Below are positions 8,787-18,369 of a DNA stretch of 46,121 bases, piece after piece. The stretch spans positions 1 to 46,121 of the forward strand of contig JBMYOA010000001.1 of assembly GCA_049598825.1 (NCBI GenBank), read 5' to 3'. Both the position numbers and the translations under genes were made by a program. The DNA comes from Opitutales bacterium (lineage in GTDB: Bacteria; Verrucomicrobiota; Verrucomicrobiia; Opitutales; Seribacteraceae). Below the pieces are notes generated by a model. That model was given only the letters and a program-made list of their open reading frames with translations. It had not been told where the DNA came from and did not search any database. Positions within the stretch are counted from its first letter, which is position 1. Every line of letters begins with the position of its first letter.

Positions 8787-9197
8787 TTATTCATTGCGTC
8801 TGGACGCCCTACCCTTTGCAAGACTCCGTGTAAAATAAGGAACGAGAAGATGGTAAGCTATGAAATAAATAATATTGACCACAAATCCTCCCTTTAATGC
8901 CATGCGCAATCCTTCTTCCTGCCGATATGCTCTCCGGTAAGCTCCCAGGTTGGCAGCTTGTATTTCATCCTGAGATAAGGGTAATCTCGCATCGTACATT
9001 TGAGGTTTTAAATTTCTGTCCTTCGCATAATCTGGGATATCAGGTTCTACATTCTTAATTATGTCCATGTATGGCCTTTTGGGCATTCCCATCAAAGGAC
9101 CAACTTTAATTTCCCGATAAAATGTGAGCTGGATAATGATAGCCGTAATGATTAACAAGCCCTGCGAAACCAGCCATGCTTTCGTTTTAAATTTCAT
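8787..9197 (-). CDS. Hypothetical membrane protein (2 TM with central soluble loop)
   Basis: 136 aa with hydrophobic segments near both ends; no family recognised. Confidence 0.65.
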   Translation of the reverse strand: MKFKTKAWLVSQGLLIITAIIIQLTFYREIKVGPLMGMPKRPYMDIIKNVEPDIPDYAKDRNLKPQMYDARLPLSQDEIQAANLGAYRRAYRQEEGLRMALKGGFVVNIIYFIAYHLLVPYFTRSLAKGRASRRNE

Positions 9198-9311
9198 TTT
9201 GTGTTAATAAATCCAAATCTCACCGAGAGTACAAACCTAAGGTTTACAACTTTTATCGAATTCGAATTCAGAGTTGCCATGTAATCACAGAATTGCCTAC
9301 ATGGATTTGGT

Positions 9312-10178
9312 GTGAAAATAATTCTGGTTTTGGGAATACTGGTGTGTACCTTACCTCTTTGGGGTAATGCTCAACACATTGTGCAAAAAAATGAAACACT
9401 TGGCGGAATAGCTAAGCGTTATGGAGTTTCCGTATCCGCACTTCAGGCGATTAATGGCATTTCCAATCCTAATCTTCTGTTTGTAGGTAAGAAGCTAAAA
9501 ATTCCCGACGGGAAACTTCAAAAAATCCCCTACACTATTCGCAAAGGAGATAGTTTGGGCTCAATCGCTAAGAGATTTGGGGTTAAGCAATCCACCCTGA
9601 TAGAATTTAATCAAATAAAAAGTCCTAATCTCATCAGGATTGGTCAGAAATTGGTGATACCGTTGCAGGGAGGAAGCACTACAGCACCTTCCCTACTAAG
9701 TAGCAGTACAATAAGTGCTCTCAACAAGATCAGTCCTCGCCTTGGACGATGGAAGCGAATTGTCATTCATCATTCCGCTACTCCTGTTGATGATGCAATG
9801 AATATGCACCGTGTCCACAAAGCACGGGGGATGAAAAACGGTCTCGCCTATCATTTTGTAATTTCAAATGGTTCCAGGAAAGCATACGACGGTGAGGTCT
9901 TCATTGGAGACAGATGGAAAGGGCAATTGGACGGAGGGCATATGAAAAAACTATCTGACAATAAGACAAGTATTGGAATTTGCCTCATCGGAAACTTTGA
10001 ACTGAGGTCACCAACGAGCAAACAAATGAAAAGCTTAGAGGGACTATGCGAGTACCTAATGAAAAGGTGTCGCCTGAGCCCCAACCAAGTTACCACCCAC
10101 AAAGTCCTTCACCCAAACCACACGGTTTGTCCGGGAAAATATTTTTCTTTGGCCAGCCTGAAGAAGCGTATTAGCTAA
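9312..10178 (+). CDS. LysM-LysM-N-acetylmuramoyl-L-alanine amidase (Amidase_2)
   Basis: Signal peptide, two LysM repeats (HIVQKNETLGGIAKRYGV; YTIRKGDSLGSIAKRFGV), and Zn-amidase motifs IVIHHSAT, YHFVI, SIGICLIGNF, H...TVCPG. Confidence 0.92.
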   Translation: MKIILVLGILVCTLPLWGNAQHIVQKNETLGGIAKRYGVSVSALQAINGISNPNLLFVGKKLKIPDGKLQKIPYTIRKGDSLGSIAKRFGVKQSTLIEFNQIKSPNLIRIGQKLVIPLQGGSTTAPSLLSSSTISALNKISPRLGRWKRIVIHHSATPVDDAMNMHRVHKARGMKNGLAYHFVISNGSRKAYDGEVFIGDRWKGQLDGGHMKKLSDNKTSIGICLIGNFELRSPTSKQMKSLEGLCEYLMKRCRLSPNQVTTHKVLHPNHTVCPGKYFSLASLKKRIS

Positions 10179-11187
10179 TTGAACTTTCGATTCTCTGCTT
10201 ATCGCGAGCCAAGAGAACTTTTCCAAATCTTGATTTAGAATTCCTCGATAAAGCTTCGGCATACTCTTCAATCGAGTAAACGGAATCAATCGGATAGGAA
10301 ACTTCCTTCATCGCAAGGGGTTGCAAGACTTCCTCAAGTGAATTCCTCAATTGTGCTGGAGACTGACGGGATTTCCATCGGTCCAACCAAAATCCGACAA
10401 AACGAACATCATCAAAAATTAAATTTCTGGTCGGAAATCGAACGGGAGCTGAATCCATTGCACCGAAAGTTACATGAACCCCTCCCTGTCTGACGCACCT
10501 TGCCAGCCTAACTGCACTTCTCCCTCCAACAGAATTCAGTGCCATCAAGCACCCTTTCTTTTCAGTAAAATCCAAAACTTTGCTTGGAACATCTTCATCA
10601 TCAATCCAGACCTGCTCTCCACCAAAATTTTTAAGATCCGCAACTCTTTCCTCGTTTCTTACTAGATTAATACAAGTAACTCCCATTCGCTTCGCAAATT
10701 GCAGCACAGCCAGACCCACCGCGGAATTTCCTGCATTTTGAATGATAAAATCCCCTTCCCTCAAATACTCGAAATCATTAAGCAAACGCCAAGCGGTCAT
10801 TGGGTTTAAAAGGCTTACAGCAAGTTGGTTATAAGGAACAAGTGCAGGCAGAAGGATCAAATCATCGACATCAGCCTCACAAAATTCCTGCCACGCTCCA
10901 ACCTGGTCAGGAACCGCAACCACCTTATTGAGCACTTCCTCCTTAACCTGACTACCTACTTCAACAACCTTACCCACACCTTCTCGCCCACCTACGCAAG
11001 GCAATGATCTTAGCTTTCCATAACTACCCTGAATCAATCCATAATCGGACGGATGAATTGTGGAAGCTTGAATTTCAATACGCACCTCACGCGGTCCCAA
11101 CTCTCCAAGAGTTAATTCCTCCAGTTTCAGTACTTCCTTGGGTTTACCATGCTGGTGATATCTGACCGCCTGATTAAGTTCGCTCAT
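10171..11187 (-). CDS. MDR-family trans-2-enoyl-thioester reductase (MECR/Etr1-like)
   Basis: IHPSDYGLIQGSY, GGREGVG, NPMTAWRLL, IIQNAGNSAVG, ALNSVGG, GFWL. Start moved to ATG 11187 (MSELNQ), which overlaps the upstream stop codon by 4 nt. Confidence 0.85.
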   Translation of the reverse strand: MSELNQAVRYHQHGKPKEVLKLEELTLGELGPREVRIEIQASTIHPSDYGLIQGSYGKLRSLPCVGGREGVGKVVEVGSQVKEEVLNKVVAVPDQVGAWQEFCEADVDDLILLPALVPYNQLAVSLLNPMTAWRLLNDFEYLREGDFIIQNAGNSAVGLAVLQFAKRMGVTCINLVRNEERVADLKNFGGEQVWIDDEDVPSKVLDFTEKKGCLMALNSVGGRSAVRLARCVRQGGVHVTFGAMDSAPVRFPTRNLIFDDVRFVGFWLDRWKSRQSPAQLRNSLEEVLQPLAMKEVSYPIDSVYSIEEYAEALSRNSKSRFGKVLLARDKQRIESSIS

Positions 11188-12077
11188 TTTCGTTCCAACC
11201 ACCCCATGGTTTTCATCCACAATGCTGCTCGAGAGGGCCAATCAGACACTGGATTGCCATTCCTCCTCATCCCATAACCATGTCCGCCGTAGGGATAAAT
11301 GTGAAGTTCATTGCCTTCGACGCCGGCTTTTTCCAACGCGAGATAAGCAAGAACACTGCCCTCACCCGGAACATGATCATCACCAGTATGAACAAAAAAA
11401 CAGGGTGCGGTTTCCGGTGTAATCTTAATCTCAGGAAACAATGCATCTCTTTTTTTACGATCCACCAAATAGGCGGGATAGACTAATATCCCAAAATCGG
11501 GACGGCAGGAGAATTGGTCCGCAGCGTCAATTAAGGAATAGCTTCTTTCCTCAAAAGAAGTCAGCCCCATCATGGTAAGATTACCACCGGCAGAGAAGCC
11601 TAAAACCCCAACTTTCCCCGGGTCTATGTTCCAATCCTTGGCATTTTGTCGGACTAAGCCCAAAGTTCTCTGAAGATCCTGTAACGGAGCCTCATGAGGA
11701 GGGCGATTCTTTCGACGAGGCACCCTGTATTTCAAAAGGACTGCCGAAACCCCTAATTCATTCAGCCACTCACATACCTGGGTTCCTTCATGTTCATAAG
11801 CTAAAATATTGTACCCACCTCCAGGACAAACAATCACGACCGTTCCATTAGAATGGGCTGGATCAGCTCTGTACAAAGTAAGCATTGGCTCGGACACATT
11901 CGCTATACGTAAAACATCGTTACTATTAGGCTTAGGCTTTCGATGCTCTTCTGGCCCAACGCTTCCCTTTACTTCACCGGGTGGGACGCCTGGCCACAGT
12001 TTCAAATTCTCATTTTCAGCAAAATTTGGGTATCCCCACAGTAGTGGCAGTAGCAGAAAATATTTTGGATTTAACAT
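11184..12077 (-). CDS. Secreted alpha/beta hydrolase (carbohydrate esterase-like)
   Basis: CPGGGY oxyanion loop, GFSAGG nucleophile elbow, catalytic D (GDD) and H (GGHGYG), N-terminal signal peptide. Confidence 0.9.
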   Translation of the reverse strand: MLNPKYFLLLPLLWGYPNFAENENLKLWPGVPPGEVKGSVGPEEHRKPKPNSNDVLRIANVSEPMLTLYRADPAHSNGTVVIVCPGGGYNILAYEHEGTQVCEWLNELGVSAVLLKYRVPRRKNRPPHEAPLQDLQRTLGLVRQNAKDWNIDPGKVGVLGFSAGGNLTMMGLTSFEERSYSLIDAADQFSCRPDFGILVYPAYLVDRKKRDALFPEIKITPETAPCFFVHTGDDHVPGEGSVLAYLALEKAGVEGNELHIYPYGGHGYGMRRNGNPVSDWPSRAALWMKTMGWLERK

Positions 12078-12172
12078 GCCTCGGATGTTTACATTTGTTC
12101 CGACAAAGGAAAGAAAAAAGATATAGAATTTTTTCTTTGTGATTTAGGGAGCGAATGGCTTTGATAAGAATT

Positions 12173-13270
12173 ATGAAAAATAGTTTCTTGATCGTAATTT
12201 TTGGAATCCTCGGTGGACACCTGATTGCCAATGAAGATTTATTCGAAGCGATCATTCAAGTTGGCCCCAAAGGCTCCGGGAACGAAAAACTTGTCAAAAA
12301 CTGGCCATTAGTCAAAAAAATGAGCTCCTCTGACATACCTCATCTCTTTAAGGTTATGAATCAGGCAAACGATTTGGGTGATAATTGGGCAAGAGCTGCC
12401 ATATACGAAATTTTAGAAAATGCAGGAAAACAATCTCTTCCCAAAGATGAAACGATTGCTTTCATTAAAGACCAAAGTAATCAAGGCAGTTCCCGTCGGG
12501 CTGCCTTTGATTTTCTGAATTCTATTTCTCCCCAGGTTGCTCAATCCCTGCTATCAACCTTCATCGATGACCCTGAACCGAGCCTACGCAGGGAAGGAGT
12601 TGCACTTTTACTTACTCAAGCCGAAAACCTGGATAAGAAAGAACAGGCCATGGAAGCCTATGAGTATGCGTTAAGTAAAGCCCGCGATGTAGACCAAATC
12701 GAAACTGCATGCAAATCTCTCGAAGAACTCGGGAAGCAAATTAATATTACCGAGAGGATGGGTTTCGTAACTGAATGGCAGGTCATTGGACCGTTTGATA
12801 ATTTATCCAGAAATGGATTCAGCAAAGTTTATTCCCCAGAACACGGAACAAATTTGCTTAACAAAAGCCATACTGGAAAGGATGGCCCCGTTCAGTGGCA
12901 GACTTTTTCAACAAGTGATAGACTTGGACTGCTGGACCTTAATCAACCCTTTGGACATATTAAGGAAGTTCTCTGCTATGCATATTCGGAATTCGATTCC
13001 TCCACAGATCAAAGGGTACACTTTCGTATAGGATCCAAAAACGCATGGAAGTTATGGGTAAACCAAGAGCTAGTTTTTGCCCGTGACGAATATCATCGAG
13101 GTGCAACCCGCGTTGACCAATTCATCCTCGAAGGCAACCTCAAGAAAGGGAAAAATGAAATTTTGGTCAAGGTGTGCCAAAATGAGCAAACGGAAAGTTG
13201 GACGAAGCAATGGGAATTCTGCTTTAGAATCACCGACTTAAGCGGAACAACAATCAAACCCGTTAATTAA
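12173..13270 (+). CDS. Secreted protein with HEAT-like repeats and a C-terminal beta-sandwich domain
   Basis: Signal peptide from MKNSF; DDPEPSLRREGVA HEAT-like unit; WQVIGPFDN...GSKNAWKLWVN...LKKGKNEILVKVCQ domain that is common in Planctomycetes/Verrucomicrobia. Confidence 0.7.
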   Translation: MKNSFLIVIFGILGGHLIANEDLFEAIIQVGPKGSGNEKLVKNWPLVKKMSSSDIPHLFKVMNQANDLGDNWARAAIYEILENAGKQSLPKDETIAFIKDQSNQGSSRRAAFDFLNSISPQVAQSLLSTFIDDPEPSLRREGVALLLTQAENLDKKEQAMEAYEYALSKARDVDQIETACKSLEELGKQINITERMGFVTEWQVIGPFDNLSRNGFSKVYSPEHGTNLLNKSHTGKDGPVQWQTFSTSDRLGLLDLNQPFGHIKEVLCYAYSEFDSSTDQRVHFRIGSKNAWKLWVNQELVFARDEYHRGATRVDQFILEGNLKKGKNEILVKVCQNEQTESWTKQWEFCFRITDLSGTTIKPVN

Positions 13271-13271
13271 A

Positions 13272-14483
13272 ATGAAATTATATCTTTCCCTACTGATTAT
13301 TACCCTTTCACCTTCACTTGCCTTTGCTGATTGGCTGGGGTTTCGCGGTACTCATGGAAACGGTTTAATTCATGGAGATGTTTCACCTGATCTATCGCTG
13401 AGTGCTGAAACTTCCTGGAATGTTTCGCTTCCCGGAAGAGGATTATCCAGTCCTGTCTTGGTAGGTAACCTGGTTTTCCTGACTGCTTCAAGCGGACCTC
13501 AGCAGACCAACCTGCATGTTCTCGCGTTTAATACTCAAAACGGAGAGAAGGCTTGGGAAAGGATCTTCAAAGCAACAGGGCGAACTATCTGCCACAAAAA
13601 AACATGCGTGGCTGCTTCCACAATAGTAAGTGATGGCAACCTGGTAGTGGCACAATTTTCTTCCAATGATGTTTTCTGTTTGGATATGAGAGGGAATCTC
13701 ATGTGGTTACGAGGACTCACCTACGACTATCCCAACATCGCCAATGGTCTGGGCATGTCGTCCTCCCCCTTGATCGCCAATGGTGTATTGGTTGCACAAG
13801 TAGAAAATGACGCTGATTCCTTTACCTTTGGATTAAATCTCAAAAATGGCACAACTTTATGGAAAAAAGTCAGGCCAAGAGGAGCCAACTGGACATCACC
13901 TGTAACACTAAAGAAGAGTTCAGTGCAATGGGTCGGCCTTCAGTCCAAAGAAGGATTGGCATTTATTAATCCGTCGAATGGTGAGATTCTTTGGAATTAC
14001 GAAGAAGGTGCATCCACAATCCCTTCAAGTGTGGTCAGTTCCAATAATGTCGTGCTCATTCCATCCAATGGTTTGACTGCGATGGAAGAGCCTGTTGCGG
14101 GAAAGGCACCAAAACAAATATGGAGGAACAATAAATTAGCTCCAGGCACTGGAAGTCCGTCAGTCTCCGGAGATCAGGTTTTTGTCATAAACCGAGCAAA
14201 TGTGCTTACCTCCGCATCTGTTGAAACTGGCGAAATCAATTGGCGACTACGAATCAAAGGACCCATCAGTGGATCCCCAATCGTGACGAATCAAACCTTA
14301 TTTATTTTCAATGAGGAAGGACTTTGTCAGGTTATCGATATAAGCCTGAAATCCGAAGCTAAGGTATTGAAGGAGATCGACTTAAAAGACACGATCCTAT
14401 GTACTCCTGCGGCCGACCAAGGTTCTCTTTTCGTTCGTTCAGATAGTAAACTTTGGAAAATCGGACCCGCTTCAAACAATTAA
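13272..14483 (+). CDS. PQQ-like beta-propeller (BamB-like) repeat protein
   Basis: Signal peptide, ADWLGFRG start, W...LPGRGLSSPV repeats and SSPLI/GEINW propeller blades; starts 1 nt after the upstream stop. Confidence 0.88.
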   Translation: MKLYLSLLIITLSPSLAFADWLGFRGTHGNGLIHGDVSPDLSLSAETSWNVSLPGRGLSSPVLVGNLVFLTASSGPQQTNLHVLAFNTQNGEKAWERIFKATGRTICHKKTCVAASTIVSDGNLVVAQFSSNDVFCLDMRGNLMWLRGLTYDYPNIANGLGMSSSPLIANGVLVAQVENDADSFTFGLNLKNGTTLWKKVRPRGANWTSPVTLKKSSVQWVGLQSKEGLAFINPSNGEILWNYEEGASTIPSSVVSSNNVVLIPSNGLTAMEEPVAGKAPKQIWRNNKLAPGTGSPSVSGDQVFVINRANVLTSASVETGEINWRLRIKGPISGSPIVTNQTLFIFNEEGLCQVIDISLKSEAKVLKEIDLKDTILCTPAADQGSLFVRSDSKLWKIGPASNN

Positions 14484-15442
14484 AAATTGACCTGCATGTT
14501 CCTGGCTTTCTTTTGAAGAAGAGAAATTCCGGCAGGTGTAAATTCTGATTTCCAAAGGTAGACCTTCTCGAGACTTGGCATGGAAAGTAAGGTTTCAGAT
14601 ATACTTTCAGAAACCTTGGTGTCTACCATGTTTAGGCTCTCTAACCTTTCATTACCATTAAAATATTTGATAGAACTAGAGTCGATCTCGGTTCCCATTA
14701 AATTTAATTGGGTTAATCTCGGGAAGGTTGAAAGCATTTGTAAGGATTTGTCGGTAATCGAAGTTTCTCGAAGATCCACCTTAACGATGTTCTGCTTAAT
14801 TGGCATGAGCCATTCAACCGCTTGGTCATTGACCGCCGAAGGTTCAGTAACCACTTTCGCCTCAAGCAAAACCGACCCCACCCCGAGAGGTCTGACCATC
14901 AGGCTGGTTTTTTGAACAATTTCCTTAAGAACAGTTTCTTCCACACCCTGAACACCTTTGGCCAACTGATCGAACTGCATGAGGTAGCTCGCTTGCGGAA
15001 GGTTATTACTTTTCTTACGTTCCGCTAAATTCTCAATGCCATCGGTAGCCCCGACCCAATCGCCAAAATCAACTCCCTGAGCAATCCACATTCTCAGAAT
15101 TTCCTTTTGCCTGGTACTTAGAGACCCGCCCTTAGGCGGCATATGGTCCGCATCATCCTCAGGGAGAATCACCCGTTGATAAAGGGAACTTCTACTGGGA
15201 TGATTAACGATAACCACGGGACCATCATCACTACCATGCATGATGTAAGCAGCCCCATCCAGCCTCAGTCCAGCCTTGGGCTTTTTTAAAACTCCATTTT
15301 TTTCATATGGAGATTTATGGCATTCAATGCACCTGCTATCCAAAATAGGCCAAACATCTTTTCGAAAATCAATCACCCCAAATATGGAGCTGTAAAAAAA
15401 GAAAATGGGTAGATACCGAAAAATAAACATGGAAATTTTCAT
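14480..15442 (-). CDS. Planctomycete-type cytochrome c domain + leucine-rich repeat protein
   Basis: DFRKDVWPILDSRCIECH (CxxCH), KAGLRLD, HMPPKG (axial Met), WIAQG; C-terminal LRRs (VDLRETSITD, LNLMGTEI, LNMVDTKVS). Confidence 0.88.
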   Translation of the reverse strand: MKISMFIFRYLPIFFFYSSIFGVIDFRKDVWPILDSRCIECHKSPYEKNGVLKKPKAGLRLDGAAYIMHGSDDGPVVIVNHPSRSSLYQRVILPEDDADHMPPKGGSLSTRQKEILRMWIAQGVDFGDWVGATDGIENLAERKKSNNLPQASYLMQFDQLAKGVQGVEETVLKEIVQKTSLMVRPLGVGSVLLEAKVVTEPSAVNDQAVEWLMPIKQNIVKVDLRETSITDKSLQMLSTFPRLTQLNLMGTEIDSSSIKYFNGNERLESLNMVDTKVSESISETLLSMPSLEKVYLWKSEFTPAGISLLQKKARNMQVNF

Positions 15443-15556
15443 AGTGCAAAGAACCTAGAAATCGAGACTTTTCCTTAGCTTCAGGAAAGATAAATTTTGT
15501 AACTCTCAATGCTTTTCGCTTGGAAAAAACATACTCCAAAGGCTAAATAAAAACTG

Positions 15557-16501
15557 ATGCAAAAGCTGAAATTACTATTCCCTCTTCTTTCGTTCATAAT
15601 CGTAGGTAAAACCAAGGCCGATTTTTCGTGGACTGATTCTCGAGAGAAACACATCGACCTTTCTTTAGGGGATCGAAAAATCGCACGCTATGTTTATGAA
15701 CGCATGGATCCAGAGGATAGAGAGAGAACCTATAAGCCTTTCTTTCATCTATTTGATTCAAAAGGTGAAAACTTTGTAACCAAGGGACCTGGAGGCAAAT
15801 TCACCCATCATCGTGGAATTTATTTTGGATTCTCCAAATGCTCTGCTTATGACAAGGACAGCAAGCCTGTTAATGTCGACACATGGCATTGCAAGAGAGG
15901 CTACCAAACCCACGAGAAAATACTCTCAAAAGTGGCTGATTCGCACAAAGCATCCATTCAAAGCGAGATAGCTTGGCGGGTGGATGACGGTACTATCTTT
16001 ATTACGGAAAACCGAAAATTAACCTTTCAATATAATAAGGAGGGCCGTTTACAAATCGATTTCAACTCGGAGTTAACCACAACCCAACCCAAAATATTAT
16101 TGGATGGGGATCCACAGCATGCCGGGTTTCAATTTAGAGCGTCAAATGAGGTTTTTGAATCCACTGCAAAGCAAACCTTTTACATTCGACCCAATGATGG
16201 AAAAGATGCTCCAGGTAAAACCAAGAACTGGCCTCAAAATAAAGATATGACGAATTTAAACTGGAAGGCTCAAAGCTTAGTCGTAGGAGGTCAGCGTTAC
16301 TTCACCCTTTATCTGGATCACGGAAACAACCCAAAACCAAGTTTTTACAGTGAAAGAGATTACGGTCGGTTTGGCTCATATTTCAAAAGCTCGGTTACCC
16401 CGGACCGTCCCTTACTGGTGAAATATAGGCTGATTTTTGGAACTGAGGAATTATCCGCTGAGGATTGTGAATCTTATTCCAACGCCTTTCTGATCCAATA
16501 A
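15557..16501 (+). CDS. DUF6807/'PmoA'-family secreted protein (not a methane monooxygenase)
   Basis: KPFFH, HHRGIYFGF, GDPQHAGFQFRA, DHGNNP, RDYGRFG motifs. Confidence 0.75.
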   Translation: MQKLKLLFPLLSFIIVGKTKADFSWTDSREKHIDLSLGDRKIARYVYERMDPEDRERTYKPFFHLFDSKGENFVTKGPGGKFTHHRGIYFGFSKCSAYDKDSKPVNVDTWHCKRGYQTHEKILSKVADSHKASIQSEIAWRVDDGTIFITENRKLTFQYNKEGRLQIDFNSELTTTQPKILLDGDPQHAGFQFRASNEVFESTAKQTFYIRPNDGKDAPGKTKNWPQNKDMTNLNWKAQSLVVGGQRYFTLYLDHGNNPKPSFYSERDYGRFGSYFKSSVTPDRPLLVKYRLIFGTEELSAEDCESYSNAFLIQ

Positions 16502-16537
16502 AAAATCCCAGGGGTAGCCAACGGGTAGCTTGCTAAT

Positions 16538-17425
16538 TTGAGCGAAAACTTCCCTCCATACATTCTCGCACTTTCTGCGGGATTTCTTTACGCCTGTAGT
16601 GCAATTCTTTGCAAACGAGGATTAGAAGAAGGAGCGGGTACCCTCCGATCTTTGGTTTATTCAAACCTTCTAATGTCATCTTGCTTTTTACCGTACCCTT
16701 TTTTGGCCGAAAACAAGCTTTCTTTGGAATTTCTTCTCTACGGTTTTATTTTGGGATTCCTCTTTTTCTTTTCACAAATGCTCTGCTTTCTCTCTCTTCG
16801 TAGAGGTGATGCCAGCCTCATGACACCCATTATGGGTTCGAAACCAATATTTGTAGCCGTCTTTGTAGTACTTTTTAACTTAGGTGCAGACGGTTTGTCG
16901 ATATCCACATGGATTGCTGTTGGGTTAACAACTTTCTCCATAGCCTTAATTGGTTGGCCGGATCAGAGATCCAATTTCTCTTTACCCGGTTTACTGATGG
17001 CGATCACTGGTGCTGCGGGTTTTGGTTTACTGGACTCCTTGGTTCCTTTTTTCACCCATCAATCCGATCCCTTTTTTCTTTTATTTGTGATATTCGGATC
17101 CGTTGGTTTGTTCTCAATACTCCTTATCCCGTGGACCGAGGGATCTTTCACGACTTTTCGTCCACAAGCTGACCGCTGGATGTGGTTATCAGCCATTCCG
17201 ATGGGTGGACAGGCTATCTGTATGTCGATGGCGATCGGTTTTTACCAAGTTCCCACTGAAGCTAACATCTTTTATGCAGGTCGTGGATTTTGGTCTGTGG
17301 TTTTGGTTGCCGTATTAGGCAGTTGGATTGGTCTGAGTGAAGGTAAATCATCCAAAGCCCTTCTTATCCGCCGGATGTCCGGAGCCCTACTCTTGCTGAT
17401 TGGTATCTGGCTTACATCTTCGTAG
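16538..17425 (+). CDS. DMT/EamA family transporter
   Basis: About 10 TM helices in two repeats; GDASLMTPIMGSKPIFVA; TTG start. Confidence 0.85.
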   Translation: MSENFPPYILALSAGFLYACSAILCKRGLEEGAGTLRSLVYSNLLMSSCFLPYPFLAENKLSLEFLLYGFILGFLFFFSQMLCFLSLRRGDASLMTPIMGSKPIFVAVFVVLFNLGADGLSISTWIAVGLTTFSIALIGWPDQRSNFSLPGLLMAITGAAGFGLLDSLVPFFTHQSDPFFLLFVIFGSVGLFSILLIPWTEGSFTTFRPQADRWMWLSAIPMGGQAICMSMAIGFYQVPTEANIFYAGRGFWSVVLVAVLGSWIGLSEGKSSKALLIRRMSGALLLLIGIWLTSS

Positions 17426-17461
17426 GCCAAATTGATTGCTAATAACTTAAGTCGAAATAAG

Positions 17462-18283
17462 CTAAATCCCTGCTAAACGTTCAGCCAATATTTCAAGGAT
17501 GTAAGGGTGATTTCCCAGCGTAGGTAACTTGTGGATTTTAAGGCCATCATTTTCGAATGGTAGACAGATCTTTTCAATATCTCCTTCGGGCCCAGCATGC
17601 CTGCCCGGCGCTAAAAATAATTGAGCTAAAACAACATTTTTTTGCCCATGAGAGTAAATTTCAATTAGTAGCTTCTCCAACAGGGGATCATTAAAAGCAT
17701 ATTCATCTCCATCTCTCCTTTCCATGGAAGCTGTTGAAAAGCCCGAGATGGTTCCCTGCAATTTTTTTGCCAGTTGGGTTCCTATTTCCTCTCGAACATA
17801 GTTTACCTCTCGAAGAGGAGTACCGTGATCCACTAAAATTATATAAGGTTTTGCCTGATTATGTTCTGAAAGATACTTGATAATTTGATCATAAAGGGCG
17901 TTCGCAATCCTTTCATCTCCATCTTGAAATAGACAATCAGCAATTTTGTACTCTCTTCCAGTTTTAGCAGCAATCCATTCGTCCGCCTTCACTTTTAACC
18001 AATCGGTAATGGCCAGGCTTGGTCCCAAAAACATAGGAATGAAATGCATACATTCGGCTTCATTCGCCTCCTCCGATTGAAAAAATGCCTCCATCGACAA
18101 GCCGGGGATTCCATTTAACTTTAACGGATCCACTTTATGGGAATGCATAATCCCCGCTGGATCCACCGTTTTACCAGAAACTTTACTCAACTGCCTGGCT
18201 ATGTCACGAATGTAGAGTACAGATTCAGCTCGAAGCGAGCCATTATCGACAAGAAAATATTTAATAAATGTTGATTTTTCCAA
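17462..18283 (-). CDS. CbiX/SirB-type sirohydrochlorin chelatase-like protein (two-domain)
   Basis: LVDNGSLR, VDHGTP, ASMERR, LFLAPGRHAGPEGDI motifs. Confidence 0.8.
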   Translation of the reverse strand: MEKSTFIKYFLVDNGSLRAESVLYIRDIARQLSKVSGKTVDPAGIMHSHKVDPLKLNGIPGLSMEAFFQSEEANEAECMHFIPMFLGPSLAITDWLKVKADEWIAAKTGREYKIADCLFQDGDERIANALYDQIIKYLSEHNQAKPYIILVDHGTPLREVNYVREEIGTQLAKKLQGTISGFSTASMERRDGDEYAFNDPLLEKLLIEIYSHGQKNVVLAQLFLAPGRHAGPEGDIEKICLPFENDGLKIHKLPTLGNHPYILEILAERLAGI

Positions 18284-18369
18284 TTGACGAGAAGTAGTTT
18301 GGTGGACAAATTATTACCAAAATACAGTTGGGAAGCTGTATGCATAGTAACAAAGCGGGAAAAATCATT

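Noticed and set aside
15557-16501. Methane monooxygenase, suggested by the 'PmoA' family label
   Set aside because: A soluble secreted protein with no TM bundle and no pmoC/pmoB neighbours; the family name is misleading.
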